NCBI RefSeq assembly: GCF_022045235.1
Contig: NW_027266286.1
Location: forward strand, 68,448,001 to 68,512,000
Direction of reading: 5' to 3'
DNA from: Haliotis cracherodii
Taxonomy: Eukaryota
Length of the DNA: 64,000 bases
In this document: in pieces, positions 9,875 through 23,859 of the stretch
How positions within the stretch are numbered: position 1 is the stretch's first letter
Layout: each line of letters opens with the position of its first letter
Notes under the pieces: model-generated
Told to the model about the DNA's origin: nothing
Database searches by the model: none
The model's input: the letters and a program-made list of their open reading frames with translations, nothing else
Made by a program: the position numbers and the translations under genes

Positions 9875-12075
9875 CCTGTCAGTTACGTTGTTTATCCACG
9901 AGAGAATAAACAATTTAAATGTCTCTTTTGGGATTCACACCGCCTTATATACATGTGGTACAGGAAATCAGGATGTTGAATGTAAATGCCCACATTGGAA
10001 GATTTTAGTAAATAAAATTCCAATGAGACTTTTTACAACTTTAGAGCGTGAAGAATGAATCTCTATTTTGTAATATCACATACGACACTGCCACCTGCCT
10101 CTCTGTATTAGGCATATCTTCCTGCATAATTATTAAATGCAAACTGTGTATTTGTGACCTAACCTGGCACCCTGTGGCTATCTCACTGCCGGGAAGCATG
10201 ATAGATTTAGTGGTTCATCCAATGCAATTACAGCTACAGACCGTTTTGTGAAAAACTTGAATGGAGATAGAATATTTTAAATGAAGGATAAATGCTGACC
10301 TTTAGAATTTCGTTGGGTGCAAGTACTGAGTCTACTGAGCTACCATGACTTGGAGTCAAAGGACGTTTATCAACGTATGTCAAATACGTCTTTAAAAGCA
10401 GAGGTTGTGGGAAGCTAATTATTCATCTATTCATAATCAAACTTTATGTGAAGTTGGATTTTTCAAGTGTGTGATATATTTCAAAGTTTGAATACCTGCC
10501 CGAATAATTTCAAAGTCTCATTATTTTCTACAATAAAACAGGGTGAAAGCTGATGATATACGCTCTTTGGTTTTCTGGCCTATAACACATGAATGAACAC
10601 AGGGAAATCATTCCATCCCTGCCCACATTACTTTTCAAAGGAACTCTTCCATCTAAGTTTATCTCGTGCGTATATATGTGTGTGTTTGGGAGTGTTTGGG
10701 AGAGAAAGTTCACGTCACATTTTATGCTATTTCGTAACTGGCCCAAACACTAAACAATGATGAAATGCATGAACCTTTTCTAAAGAGTGGTCAAATCTCA
10801 GCTTTCGAACACCACATGTGGACAGGATATACTTATCCATCACACGAATACCTGATGAAACCACTATCTCCGCAGGAACATGGATGTGGTGGTAGTTTAT
10901 GACAGGCACTAGGGGCTTCAACCGTCAATCTATGACCCATGTATGACCCCCTTCCTGCCAAGCATTACCCACACCCACCCACCAAGCTACAGCACCAGAG
11001 ATGAACATTCATCTGGCGTCAGAGCACAATTATTCGTCATTCTTTGCTATCTACAGTGGCATGCCAATTCATACTGATTAATATCGCCCTTGCTGACTAA
11101 CCTGTTACTTATCATTTGAACAGCAAAATACCAGTCTGGGTCCACCAGCTCGACTTCCAAGTAAACGCTGTCAACAACGGTCACTGAAAGTATCGAGCCG
11201 AAACACACCCATCGGCCTTCAACTGGGGGTCAAATCATGGGAAGTTCGAGTCAATATCATGCACACATTTTGGATCAAAACAAATTACCAACACAATACA
11301 ATGTCCAATCTTGCATTTAAGCTATCACAAGTCACTCCAAACATATCTGACACAGACTCAACAAGCCATTCAAACGGGGGACTATATTCTCCTATTTACC
11401 TTCCGGGTCATGGTAAAACTTAGGGGACGTAACTGTGGTCTCGGGCCTAGTCTATCTTAGAGCGAATCTGCTCCTTGACCATTCATATTGCGCTGGACTC
11501 TTGAAAAAAACAGAAAACAAACCAATTGGATTTGGTTTAGAGTGGGCTTTCTCTTGAGATCGTGCCGTTGTATTGGTGGATCGCTGCTCAACTGTATAAG
11601 CTCTTAATTCTATCGGCATTGCATGAGTGCATTGAGGCACGTGCCACAGTTTTATTTGGACATGCACACGGCTGTAATTATAAGCCAGGTGGACGTTTAG
11701 AGGCCATAATGATAGTACGATACTAAATGGGACTTCATGCATTTTCGGACAGAAACAGTCTACTTGCTTTGTTCAACATGTGTATAGGTTTATTGGCAGG
11801 CCTTCGAGGTTCCTAACCTTGGTGGGAATGATTCCAAAGTGACAATCACTATGCAGGACACTGAAAAGTAAGTAGGGAAACTAGCTCATACAATCTTGAA
11901 TTTGATTGTACTTGAAGAAAATATAACCAAAGATATATTTACAATATAAACCACAGCTTTATTTGTACTCGTTGAGAAATAGACAGAATGAATGGATGCA
12001 GCATGGTGAGTGCAATCGACAAATATGATATCAAATGTCCAGCACTTGATGTGAATATGATGATCCTTGAATCTT

Positions 12076-12680
12076 TTAACCGTGGTGTCCGCCTCCATGA
12101 CCACCACCTCCATGACCACCTCCTCCGTGACCACCTCCTCCGTGGCCACCACCTCCGTGTCCTCCTCCTCCTCCTCCATGGCCACCACCTCCGTGTCCTC
12201 CTCCTCCTCCTCCTCCATGGCCACCACCTCCGTGTCCTCCTCCTCCTCCTCCATGGCCACCACCTCCGTGACCTCCACCACCGTGACCGCCGCCTCCGTG
12301 ACCACCACCACCACCACCGTGGCCGCCTCCGCCTCCGCCTCCGTGGCCTCCGCCTCCATGGCCGCCACCACCACCACCATGGCCACCAAGGGCGGAGCCA
12401 AGGAAGACTGTGAAGAATGTTCAGAAACAACAATACATAAGTGGTCATATATGACAGGATACACACACACACACACACAAAATCCGTCCACCATTCCTGA
12501 TACAGTTTAGACCATGGTAGAAACTATCCTATTCATTACGTTGTCAGCAAATCGAAAAGCCACTTAAAACTCAGCAAGAGCTAATAAAGTTGATTATTAC
12601 AAAGTTTAAGATCGCGAATTCTCATCAGATAAGGCACACTTACCCAAGACTACAACAACTGCAACGTTAAGAAGGCGCAT
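12076..12680 (-). CDS. Gly/His polypeptide precursor, copy 5 (122 aa; join 12680..12644, 12407..12076)
   Basis: Same structure and protein as copy 1. Confidence 0.92.
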
Positions 12681-14868
12681 CCTGTCAGTTACGTTGTTTA
12701 TCCACGAGAGAATAAACAATTTAAATGTCTCTTTTGGGATTCACACCGCCTTATATACATGTGGTACAGGAAATCAGGATGTTGAATGTAAATGCCCACA
12801 TTGGAAGATTTTAGTAAATAAAATTCCAATGAGACTTTTTACAACTTTAGAGCGTGAAGAATGAATCTCTATTTTGTAATATCACATACGACACTGCCAC
12901 CTGCCTCTCTGTATTAGGCATATCTTCCTGCATAATTATTAAATGCAAACTGTGTATTTGTGACCTAACCTGGCACCCTGTGGCTATCTCACTGCCGGGA
13001 AGCATGATAGATTTAGTGGTTCATCCAATGCAATTACAGCTACAGACCGTTTTGTGAAAAACTTGAATGGAGATAGAATATTTTAAATGAAGGATAAATG
13101 CTGACCTTTAGAATTTCGTTGGGTGCAAGTACTGAGTCTACTGAGCTACCATGACTTGGAGTCAAAGGACGTTTATCAACGTATGTCAAATACGTCTTTA
13201 AAAGCAGAGGTTGTGGGAAGCTAATTATTCATCTATTCATAATCAAACTTTATGTGAAGTTGGATTTTTCAAGTGTGTGATATATTTCAAAGTTTGAATA
13301 CCTGCCCGAATAATTTCAAAGTCTCATTATTTTCTACAATAAAACAGTGTGAAAGCTGATGATATACGCTCTTTGGTTTTCTGGCCTATAACACATGAAT
13401 GAACACAGGGAAATCATTCCATCCCTGCCCACATTACTTTTCAAAGGAACTCTTCCATCTAAGTTTATCTCGTGCGTATATATGTGTGTGTTTGGGAGTG
13501 TTTGGGAGAGAAAGTTCACGTCACATTTTATGCTATTTCGTAACTGGCCCAAACACTAAACAATGATGAAATGCATGAACCTTTTCTAAAGAGTGGTAAA
13601 ATCTCAGCTTGTGGACAGGATATACTTATCCATCACACGAATACCTGATGAAACCACTATCTCCGCAGGAACATGGATGTGGTGGTAGTTTATGACAGGC
13701 ACTAGGGGCTTCAACCGTCAATCTATGACCCATGTATGACCCCCTTCCTGCCAAGCATTACCCACACCCACCCACCAAGCTACAGCACCAGAGATGAACA
13801 TTCATCTGGCGTCAGAGCACAATTATTCGTCATTCTTTGCTATCTACAGTGGCATGCCAATTCATACTGATTAATATCGCCCTTGCTGACTAACCTGTTA
13901 CTTATCATTTGAACAGCAAAATACCAGTCTTGGTCCACCAGCTCGACTTCCAAGTAAACGCTGTCAACAACGGTCACTGAAAGTATCGAGCCGAAACACA
14001 CCCATCGGCCTTCAACTGGGGGTCTAATCATGGGAAGTTCGAGTCAATATCATGCACACATTTTGGATCAAAACAAATTACCAACACAATACAATGTCCA
14101 ATCTTGCATTTAAGCTATCACAAGTCACTCCAAACATATCTGACACAGACTCAACAAGCCATTCAAACGGGGGACTATATTCTCCTATTTACCTTCCGGG
14201 TCATGGTAAAACTTAGGGGACGTAACTGTGGTCTCGGGCCTAGTCTATCTTAGAGCGAATCTGCTCCTTGACCATTCATATTGCGCTGGACTCTTGAAAA
14301 AAACAGAAAACAAACCAATTGGATTTGGTTTAGAGTGGGCTTTCTCTTGAGATCGTGCCGTTGTATTGGTGGATCGCTGCTCAACTGTATAAGCTCTTAA
14401 TTCTATCGGCATTGCATGAGTGCATTGAGGCACGTGCCACAGTTTTATTTGGACATGCACACGGCTGTAATTATAAGCCAGGTGGACGTTTAGAGGCCAT
14501 AATGATAGTACGATACTAAATGGGACTTCATGCATTTTCGGACAGAAACAGTCTACTTGCTTTGTTCAACATGTGTATAGGTTTATTGGCAGGCCTTCGA
14601 GGTTCCTAACCTTGGTGGGAATGATTCCAAAGTGACAATCACTATGCAGGACACTGAAAAGTAAGTAGGGAAACTAGCTCATACAATCTTGAATTTGATT
14701 GTACTTGAAGAAAATATAACCAAAGATATATTTACAATATAAACCACAGCTTTATTTGTACTCGTTGAGAAATAGACAGAATGAATGGATGCAGCATGGT
14801 GAGTGCAATCGACAAATATGATATCAAATGTCCAGCACTTGATGTGAATATGATGATCCTTGAATCTT

Positions 14869-15453
14869 TTAACCGTGGTGTCCGCCTCCATGACCACCAC
14901 CTCCATGACCACCTCCTCCGTGACCACCACCTCCGTGTCCTCCTCCTCCTCCTCCATGGCCACCACCTCCGTGTCCTCCTCCTCCTCCTCCATGGCCACC
15001 ACCTCCGTGTCCTCCTCCTCCTCCTCCGTGGCCACCACCTCCGTGACCTCCACCACCGTGACCGCCGCCTCCGTGACCACCACCACCACCACCGTGGCCG
15101 CCTCCGCCTCCGCCTCCGTGGCCTCCGCCTCCATGGCCGCCACCACCACCACCATGGCCACCAAGGGCTGAGCCAAGGAAGACTGTGAAGAATGTTCAGA
15201 AACAACAATACATAAGTGGTCATATATGACAGGATACACACACACACACACAAAATCCGTCCACCATTCCTGATACAGTTTAGACCATGGTAGAAACTAT
15301 CCTATTCATTACGTTGTCAGCAAATCGAAAAGCCACTTAAAACTCAGCAAGAGCTAATAAAGTTGATTATTACAAAGTTTAAGATTGCGAATTCTCATCA
15401 GATAAGGCACACTTACCCAAGACTACAACAACTGCAACGTTAAGAAGGCGCAT
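14869..15453 (-). CDS. Gly/His polypeptide precursor, copy 6 (116 aa; join 15453..15417, 15182..14869)
   Basis: Splice sites intact; net 18-bp in-frame shortening of the repeat region; synonymous TCC>TCA in the signal peptide. Confidence 0.9.
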
Positions 15454-17654
15454 CCTGTCAGTTACGTTGTTTATCCACGAGAGAATAAACAATTTAAATG
15501 TCTCTTTTGGGATTCACACCGCCTTATATACATGTGGTACAGGAAATCAGGATGTTGAATGTAAATGCCCACATTGGAAGATTTTAGTAAATAAAATTCC
15601 AATGAGACTTTTTACAACTTTAGAGCGTGAAGAATGAATCTCTATTTTGTAATATCACATACGACACTGCCACCTGCCTCTCTGTATTAGGCATATCTTC
15701 CTGCATAATTATTAAATGCAAACTGTGTATTTGTGACCTAACCTGGCACCCTGTGGTTATCTCACTGCCGGGAAGCATGATAGATTTAGTGGTTCATCCA
15801 ATGCAATTACAGCTACAGACCGTTTTGTGAAAAACTTGAATGGAGATAGAATATTTTAAATGAAGGATAAATGCTGACCTTTAGAATTTCGTTGGGTGCA
15901 AGTACTGAGTCTACTGAGCTACCATGACTTGGAGTCAAAGGACGTTTATCAACGTATGTCAAATACGTCTTTAAAAGCAGAGGTTGTGGGAAGCTAATTA
16001 TTCATCTATTCATAATCAAACTTTATGTGAAGTTGGATTTTTCAAGTGTGTGATATATTTCAAAGTTTGAATACCTGCCCGAATAATTTCAAAGTCTCAT
16101 TTTTTTCTACAATAAAACAGGGTGAAAGCTGATGATATACGCTCTTTGGTTTTCTGGCCTATAACACATGAATGAACACAGGGAAATCATTCCATCCCTG
16201 CCCACATTACTTTTCAAAGGAACTCTTCCATCTAAGTTTATCTCGTGCGTATATATGTGTGTGTTTGGGAGTGTTTGGGAGAGAAAGTTCACGTCACATT
16301 TTATGCTATTTCGTAACTGGCCCAAACACTAAACAATGATGAAATGCATGAACCTTTTCTAAAGAGTGGTAAAATCTCAGCTTTCGAACACCACATGTGG
16401 ACAGGATATACTTATCCATCACACGAATACCTGATGAAACCACTATCTCCGCAGGAACATGGATGTGGTGGTAGTTTATGACAGGCACTAGGGGCTTCAA
16501 CCGTCAATCTATGACCCATGTATGACCCCCTTCCTGCCAAGCATTACCCACACCCACCCACCAAGCTACAGCACCAGAGATGAACATTCATCTGGCGTCA
16601 GAGCACAATTATTCGTCATTCTTTGCTATCTACAGTGGCATGCCAATTCATACTGATTAATATCGCCCTTGCTGACTAACCTGTTACTTATCATTTGAAC
16701 AGCAAAATACCAGTCTTGGTCCACCAGCTCGACTTCCAAGAAAACGCTGTCAACAACGGTCACTGAAAGTATCGAGCCGAAACACACCCATCGGCCTTCA
16801 ACTGGGGGTCTAATCATGGGAAGTTCGAGTCAATATCATGCACACATTTTGGATCAAAACAAATTACCAACACAATACAATGTCCAATCTTGCATTTAAG
16901 CTATCACAAGTCACTCCAAACATATCTGACACAGACTCAACAAGCCATTCAAACGGGGGACTATATTCTCCTATTTACCTTCCGGGTCATGGTAAAACTT
17001 AGGGGACGTAACTGTGGTCTCGGGCCTAGTCTATCTTAGAGCGAATCTGCTCCTTGACCATTCATATTGCGCTGGACTCTTGAAAAAAACAGAAAACAAA
17101 CCAATTGGATTTGGTTTAGAGTGGGCTTTCTCTTGAGATCGTGCCGTTGTATTGGTGGATCGCTGCTCAACTGTATAAGCTCTTAATTCTATCGGCATTG
17201 CATGAGTGCATTGAGGCACGTGCCACAGTTTTATTTGGACATGCACACGGCTGTAATTATAAGCCAGGTGGACGTTTAGAGGCCATAATGATAGTACGAT
17301 ACTAAATGGGACTTCATGCATTTTCGGACAGAAACAGTCTACTTGCTTTGTTCAACATGTGTATAGGTTTATTGGCAGGCCTTCGAGGTTCCTAACCTTG
17401 GTGGGAATGATTCCAAAGTGACAATCACTATGCAGGACACTGAAAAGTAAGTAGGGAAACTAGCTCATACAATCTTGAATTTGATTGTACTTGAAGAAAA
17501 TATAACCAAAGATATATTTACAATATAAACCACAGCTTTATTTGTACTCGTTGAGAAATAGACAGAATGAATGGATGCAGCATGGTGAGTGCAATCGACA
17601 AATATGATATCAAATGTCCAGCACTTGATGTGAATATGATGATCCTTGAATCTT

Positions 17655-18257
17655 TTAACCGTGGTGTCCGCCTCCATGACCACCACCTCCATGACCACCT
17701 CCTCCGTGACCACCTCCTCCGTGGCCACCACCTCCGTGTCCTCCTCCTCCTCCTCCATGGCCACCACCTCCGTGTCCTCCTCCTCCTCCTCCTCCATGGC
17801 CACCACCTCCGTGTCCTCCTCCTCCTCCTCCATGGCCACCACCTCCGTGACCTCCACCACCGTGACCGCCGCCTCCGTGACCACCACCACCACCACCGTG
17901 GCCGCCTCCGCCTCCGCCTCCGTGGCCTCCGCCTCCATGGCCGCCACCACCACCACCATGGCCACCAAGGGCTGAGCCAAGGAAGACTGTGAAGAATGAT
18001 CAGAAACAACAATACATAAGTGGTCATATATGACAGGATACACACACACACACACAAAATCCGTCCACCATTCCTGATACAGTTTAGACCATGGTAGAAA
18101 CTATCCTATTCATTACGTTGTCAGCAAATCGAAAAGCCACTTAAAACTCAGCAAGAGCTAATAAAGTTGATTATTACAAAGTTTAAGATTGCGAATTCTC
18201 ATCAGATAAGGCACACTTACCCAAGACTACAACAACTGCAACGTTAAGAAGGCGCAT
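17655..18257 (-). CDS. Gly/His polypeptide precursor, copy 7 (122 aa; join 18257..18221, 17986..17655)
   Basis: Start, splice sites and stop are intact. Confidence 0.9.
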
Positions 18258-20458
18258 CCTGTCAGTTACGTTGTTTATCCACGAGAGAATAAACAATTTA
18301 AATGTCTCTTTTGGGATTCACACCGCCTTATATACATGTGGTACAGGAAATCAGGATGTTGAATGTAAATGCCCACATTGGAAGATTTTAGTAAATAAAA
18401 TTCCAATGAGACTTTTTACAACTTTAGAGCGTGAAGAATGAATCTCTATTTTGTAATATCACATACGACACTGCCACCTGCCTCTCTGTATTAGGCATAT
18501 CTTCCTGCATAATTATTAAATGCAAACTGTGTATTTGTGACCTAACCTGGCACCCTGTGGCTATCTCACTGCCGGGAAGCATGATAGATTTAGTGGTTCA
18601 TCCAATGCAATTACAGCTACAGACCGTTTTGTGAAAAACTTGAATGGAGATAGAATATTTTAAATGAAGGATAAATGCTGACCTTTAGAATTTCGTTGGG
18701 TGCAAGTACTGAGTCTACTGAGCTACCATGACTTGGAGTCAAAGGACGTTTATCAACGTATGTCAAATACGTCTTTAAAAGCAGAGGTTGTGGGAAGCTA
18801 ATTATTCATCTATTCATAATCAAACTTTATGTGAAGTTGGATTTTTCAAGTGTGTGATATATTTCAAAGTTTGAATACCTGCCCGAATAATTTCAAAGTC
18901 TCATTATTTTCTACAATAAAACAGGGTGAAAGCTGATGATATACGCTCTTTGGTTTTCTGGCCTATAACACATGAATGAACACAGGGAAATCATTCCATC
19001 CCTGCCCACATTACTTTTCAAAGGAACTCTTCCATCTAAGTTTATCTCGTGCGTATATATGTGTGTGTTTGGGAGTGTTTGGGAGAGAAAGTTCACGTCA
19101 CATTTTATGCTATTTCGTAACTGGCCCAAACACTAAACAATGATGAAATGCATGAACCTTTTCTAAAGAGTGGTAAAATCTCAGCTTTCGAACACCACAT
19201 GTGGACAGGATATACTTATCCATCACACGAATACCTGATGAAACCACTATCTCCGCAGGAACATGGATGTGGTGGTAGTTTATGACAGGCACTAGGGGCT
19301 TCAACCGTCAATCTATGACCCATGTATGACCCCCTTCCTGCCAAGCATTACCCACACCCACCCACCAAGCTACAGCACCAGAGATGAACATTCATCTGGC
19401 GTCAGAGCACAATTATTCGTCATTCTTTGCTATCTACAGTGGCATGCCAATTCATACTGATTAATATCGCCCTTGCTGACTAACCTGTTACTTATCATTT
19501 GAACAGCAAAATACCAGTCTTGGTCCACCAGCTCGACTTCCAAGTAAACGCTGTCAACAACGGTCACTGAAAGTATCGAGCCGAAACACACCCATCGGCC
19601 TTCAACTGGGGGTCAAATCATGGGAAGTTCGAGTCAATATCATGCACACATTTTGGATCAAAACAAATTACCAACACAATACAATGTCCAATCTTGCATT
19701 TAAGCTATCACAAGTCACTCCAAACATATCTGACACAGACTCAACAACCCATTCAAACGGGGGACTATATTCTCCTATTTACCTTCCGGGTCATGGTAAA
19801 ACTTAGGGGACGTAACTGTGGTCTCGGGCCTAGTCTATCTTAGAGCGAATCTGCTCCTTGACCATTCATATTGCGCTGGACTCTTGAAAAAAACAGAAAA
19901 CAAACCAATTGGATTTGGTTTAGAGTGGGCTTTCTCTTGAGATCGTGCCGTTGTATTGGTGGATCGCTGCTCAACTGTATAAGCTCTTAATTCTATCGGC
20001 ATTGCATGAGTGCATTGAGGCACGTGCCACAGTTTTATTTGGACATGCACACGGCTGTAATTATAAGCCAGGTGGACGTTTAGAGGCCATAATGATAGTA
20101 CGATACTAAATGGGACTTCATGCATTTTCGGACAGAAACAGTCTACTTGCTTTGTTCAACATGTGTATAGGTTTATTGGCAGGCCTTCGAGGTTCCTAAC
20201 CTTGGTGGGAATGATTCCAAAGTGACAATCACTATGCAGGACACTGAAAAGTAAGTAGGGAAACTAGCTCATACAATCTTGAATTTGATTGTACTTGAAG
20301 AAAATATAACCAAAGATATATTTACAATATAAACCACAGCTTTATTTGTACTCGTTGAGAAATAGACAGAATGAATGGATGCAGCATGGTGAGTGCAATC
20401 GACAAATATGATATCAAATGTCCAGCACTTGATGTGAATATGATGATCCTTGAATCTT

Positions 20459-21058
20459 TTAACCGTGGTGTCCGCCTCCATGACCACCACCTCCATGACC
20501 ACCTCCTCCGTGACCACCTCCTCCGTGGCCACCACCTCCGTGTCCTCCTCCTCCTCCTCCATGGCCACCACCTCCGTGTCCTCCTCCTCCTCCTCCATGG
20601 CCACCACCTCCGTGTCCTCCTCCTCCTCCTCCATGGCCACCACCTCCGTGACCTCCACCACCGTGACCGCCGCCTCCGTGACCACCACCACCACCACCGT
20701 GGCCGCCTCCGCCTCCGCCTCCGTGGCCTCCGCCTCCATGGCCGCCACCACCACCACCATGGCCACCAAGGGCTGAGCCAAGGAAGACTGTGAAGAATGT
20801 TCAGAAACAACAATACATAAGTGGTCATATATGACAGGATACACACACACACACACAAAATCCGTCCACCATTCCTGATACAGTTTAGACCATGGTAGAA
20901 ACTATCCTATTCATTACGTTGTCAGCAAATCGAAAAGCCACTTAAAACTCAGCAAGAGCTAATAAAGTTGATTATTACAAAGTTTAAGATTGCGAATTCT
21001 CATCAGATAAGGCACACTTACCCAAGACTACAACAACTGCAACGTTAAGAAGGCGCAT
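20459..21058 (-). CDS. Gly/His polypeptide precursor, copy 8 (121 aa; join 21058..21022, 20787..20459)
   Basis: Intact; one GGA codon fewer than copy 1. Confidence 0.9.
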
Positions 21059-23259
21059 CCTGTCAGTTACGTTGTTTATCCACGAGAGAATAAACAATTT
21101 AAATGTCTCTTTTGGGATTCACACCGCCTTATATACATGTGGTACAGGAAATCAGGATGTTGAATGTAAATGCCCACATTGGAAGATTTTAGTAAATAAA
21201 ATTCCAATGAGACTTTTTACAACTTTAGAGCGTGAAGAATGAATCTCTATTTTGTAATATCACATACGACACTGCCACCTGCCTCTCTGTATTAGGCATA
21301 TCTTCCTGCATAATTATTAAATGCAAACTGTGTATTTGTGACCTAACCTGGCACCCTGTGGCTATCTCACTGCCGGGAAGCATGATAGATTTAGTGGTTC
21401 ATCCAATGCAATTACAGCTACAGACCGTTTTGTGAAAAACTTGAATGGAGATAGAATATTTTAAATGAAGGATAAATGCTGACCTTTAGAATTTCGTTGG
21501 GTGCAAGTACTGAGTCTACTGAGCTACCATGACTTGGAGTCAAAGGACGTTTATCAACGTATGTCAAATACGTCTTTAAAAGCAGAGGTTGTGGGAAGCT
21601 AATTATTCATCTATTCATAATCAAACTTTATGTGAAGTTGGATTTTTCAAGTGTGTGATATATTTCAAAGTTTGAATACCTGCCCGAATAATTTCAAAGT
21701 CTCATTATTTTCTACAATAAAACAGGGTGAAAGCTGATGATATACGCTCTTTGGTTTTCTGGCCTATAACACATGAATGAACACAGGGAAATCATTCCAT
21801 CCCTGCCCACATTACTTTTCAAAGGAACTCTTCCATCTAAGTTTATCTCGTGCGTATATATGTGTGTGTTTGGGAGTGTTTGGGAGAGAAAGTTCACGTC
21901 ACATTTTATGCTATTTCGTAACTGGCCCAAACACTAAACAATGATGAAATGCATGAACCTTTTCTAAAGAGTGGTCAAATCTCAGCTTTCGAACACCACA
22001 TGTGGACAGGATATACTTATCCATCACACGAATACCTGATGAAACCACTATCTCCGCAGGAACATGGATGTGGTGGTAGTTTATGACAGGCACTAGGGGC
22101 TTCAACCGTCAATCTATGACCCATGTATGACCCCCTTCCTGCCAAGCATTACCCACACCCACCCACCAAGCTACAGCACCAGAGATGAACATTCATCTGG
22201 CGTCAGAGCACAATTATTCGTCATTCTTTGCTATCTACAGTGGCATGCCAATTCATACTGATTAATATCGCCCTTGCTGACTAACCTGTTACTTATCATT
22301 TGAACAGCAAAATACCAGTCTTGGTCCACCAGCTCGACTTCCAAGTAAACGCTGTCAACAACGGTCACTGAAAGTATCGAGCCGAAACACACCCATCGGC
22401 CTTCAACTGGGGGTCAAATCATGGGAAGTTCGAGTCAATATCATGCACACATTTTGGATCAAAACAAATTACCAACACAATACAATGTCCAATCTTGCAT
22501 TTAAGCTATCACAAGTCACTCAAAACATATCTGACACAGACTCTACAACCCATTCAAACGGGGGACTATATTCTCCTATTTACCTTCCGGGTCATGGTAA
22601 AACTTAGGGGACGTAACTGTGGTCTCGGGCCTAGTCTATCTTAGAGCGAATCTGCTCCTTGACCATTCATATTGCGCTGGACTCTTGAAAAAAACAGAAA
22701 ACAAACCAATTGGATTTGGTTTAGAGTGGGCTTTCTCTTGAGATCGTGCCGTTGTATTGGTGGATCGCTGCTCAACTGTATAAGCTCTTAATTCTATCGG
22801 CATTGCATGAGTGCATTGAGGCACGTGCCACAGTTTTATTTGGACATGCACACGGCTGTAATTATAAGCCAGGTGGACGTTTAGAGGCCATAATGATAGT
22901 ACGATACTAAATGGGACTTCATGCATTTTCGGACAGAAACAGTCTACTTGCTTTGTTCAACATGTGTATAGGTTTATTGGCAGGCCTTCGAGGTTCCTAA
23001 CCTTGGTGGGAATGATTCCAAAGTGACAATCACTATGCAGGACACTGAAAAGTAAGTAGGGAAACTAGCTCATACAATCTTGAATTTGATTGTACTTGAA
23101 GAAAATATAACCAAAGATATATTTACAATATAAACCACAGCTTTATTTGTACTCGTTGAGAAATAGACAGAATGAATGGATGCAGCATGGTGAGTGCAAT
23201 CGACAAATATGATATCAAATGTCCAGCACTTGATGTGAATATGATGATCCTTGAATCTT

Positions 23260-23859
23260 TTAACCGTGGTGTCCGCCTCCATGACCACCACCTCCATGAC
23301 CACCTCCTCCGTGACCACCTCCTCCGTGGCCACCACCTCCGTGTCCTCCTCCTCCTCCTCCATGGCCACCACCTCCGTGTCCTCCTCCTCCTCCTCCATG
23401 GCCACCACCTCCGTGTCCTCCTCCTCCTCCTCCATGGCCACCACCTCCGTGACCTCCACCACCGTGACCGCCGCCTCCGTGACCACCACCACCACCACCG
23501 TGGCCGCCTCCGCCTCCGCCTCCGTGGCCTCCGCCTCCATGGCCGCCACCACCACCACCATGGCCACCAAGGGCTGAGCCAAGGAAGACTGTGAAGAATG
23601 TTCAGAAACAACAATACATAAGTGGTCATATATGACAGGATACACACACACACACACAAAATCCGTCCACCATTCCTGATACAGTTTAGACCATGGTAGA
23701 AACTATCCTATTCATTACGTTGTCAGCAAATCGAAAAGCCACTTAAAACTCAGCAAGAGCTAATAAAGTTGATTATTACAAAGTTTAAGATTGCGAATTC
23801 TCATCAGATAAGGCACACTTACCCAAGACTACAACAACTGCAACGTTAAGAAGGCGCAT
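23260..23859 (-). CDS. Gly/His polypeptide precursor, copy 9 (121 aa; join 23859..23823, 23588..23260)
   Basis: Intact; same protein as copy 8. Confidence 0.9.
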
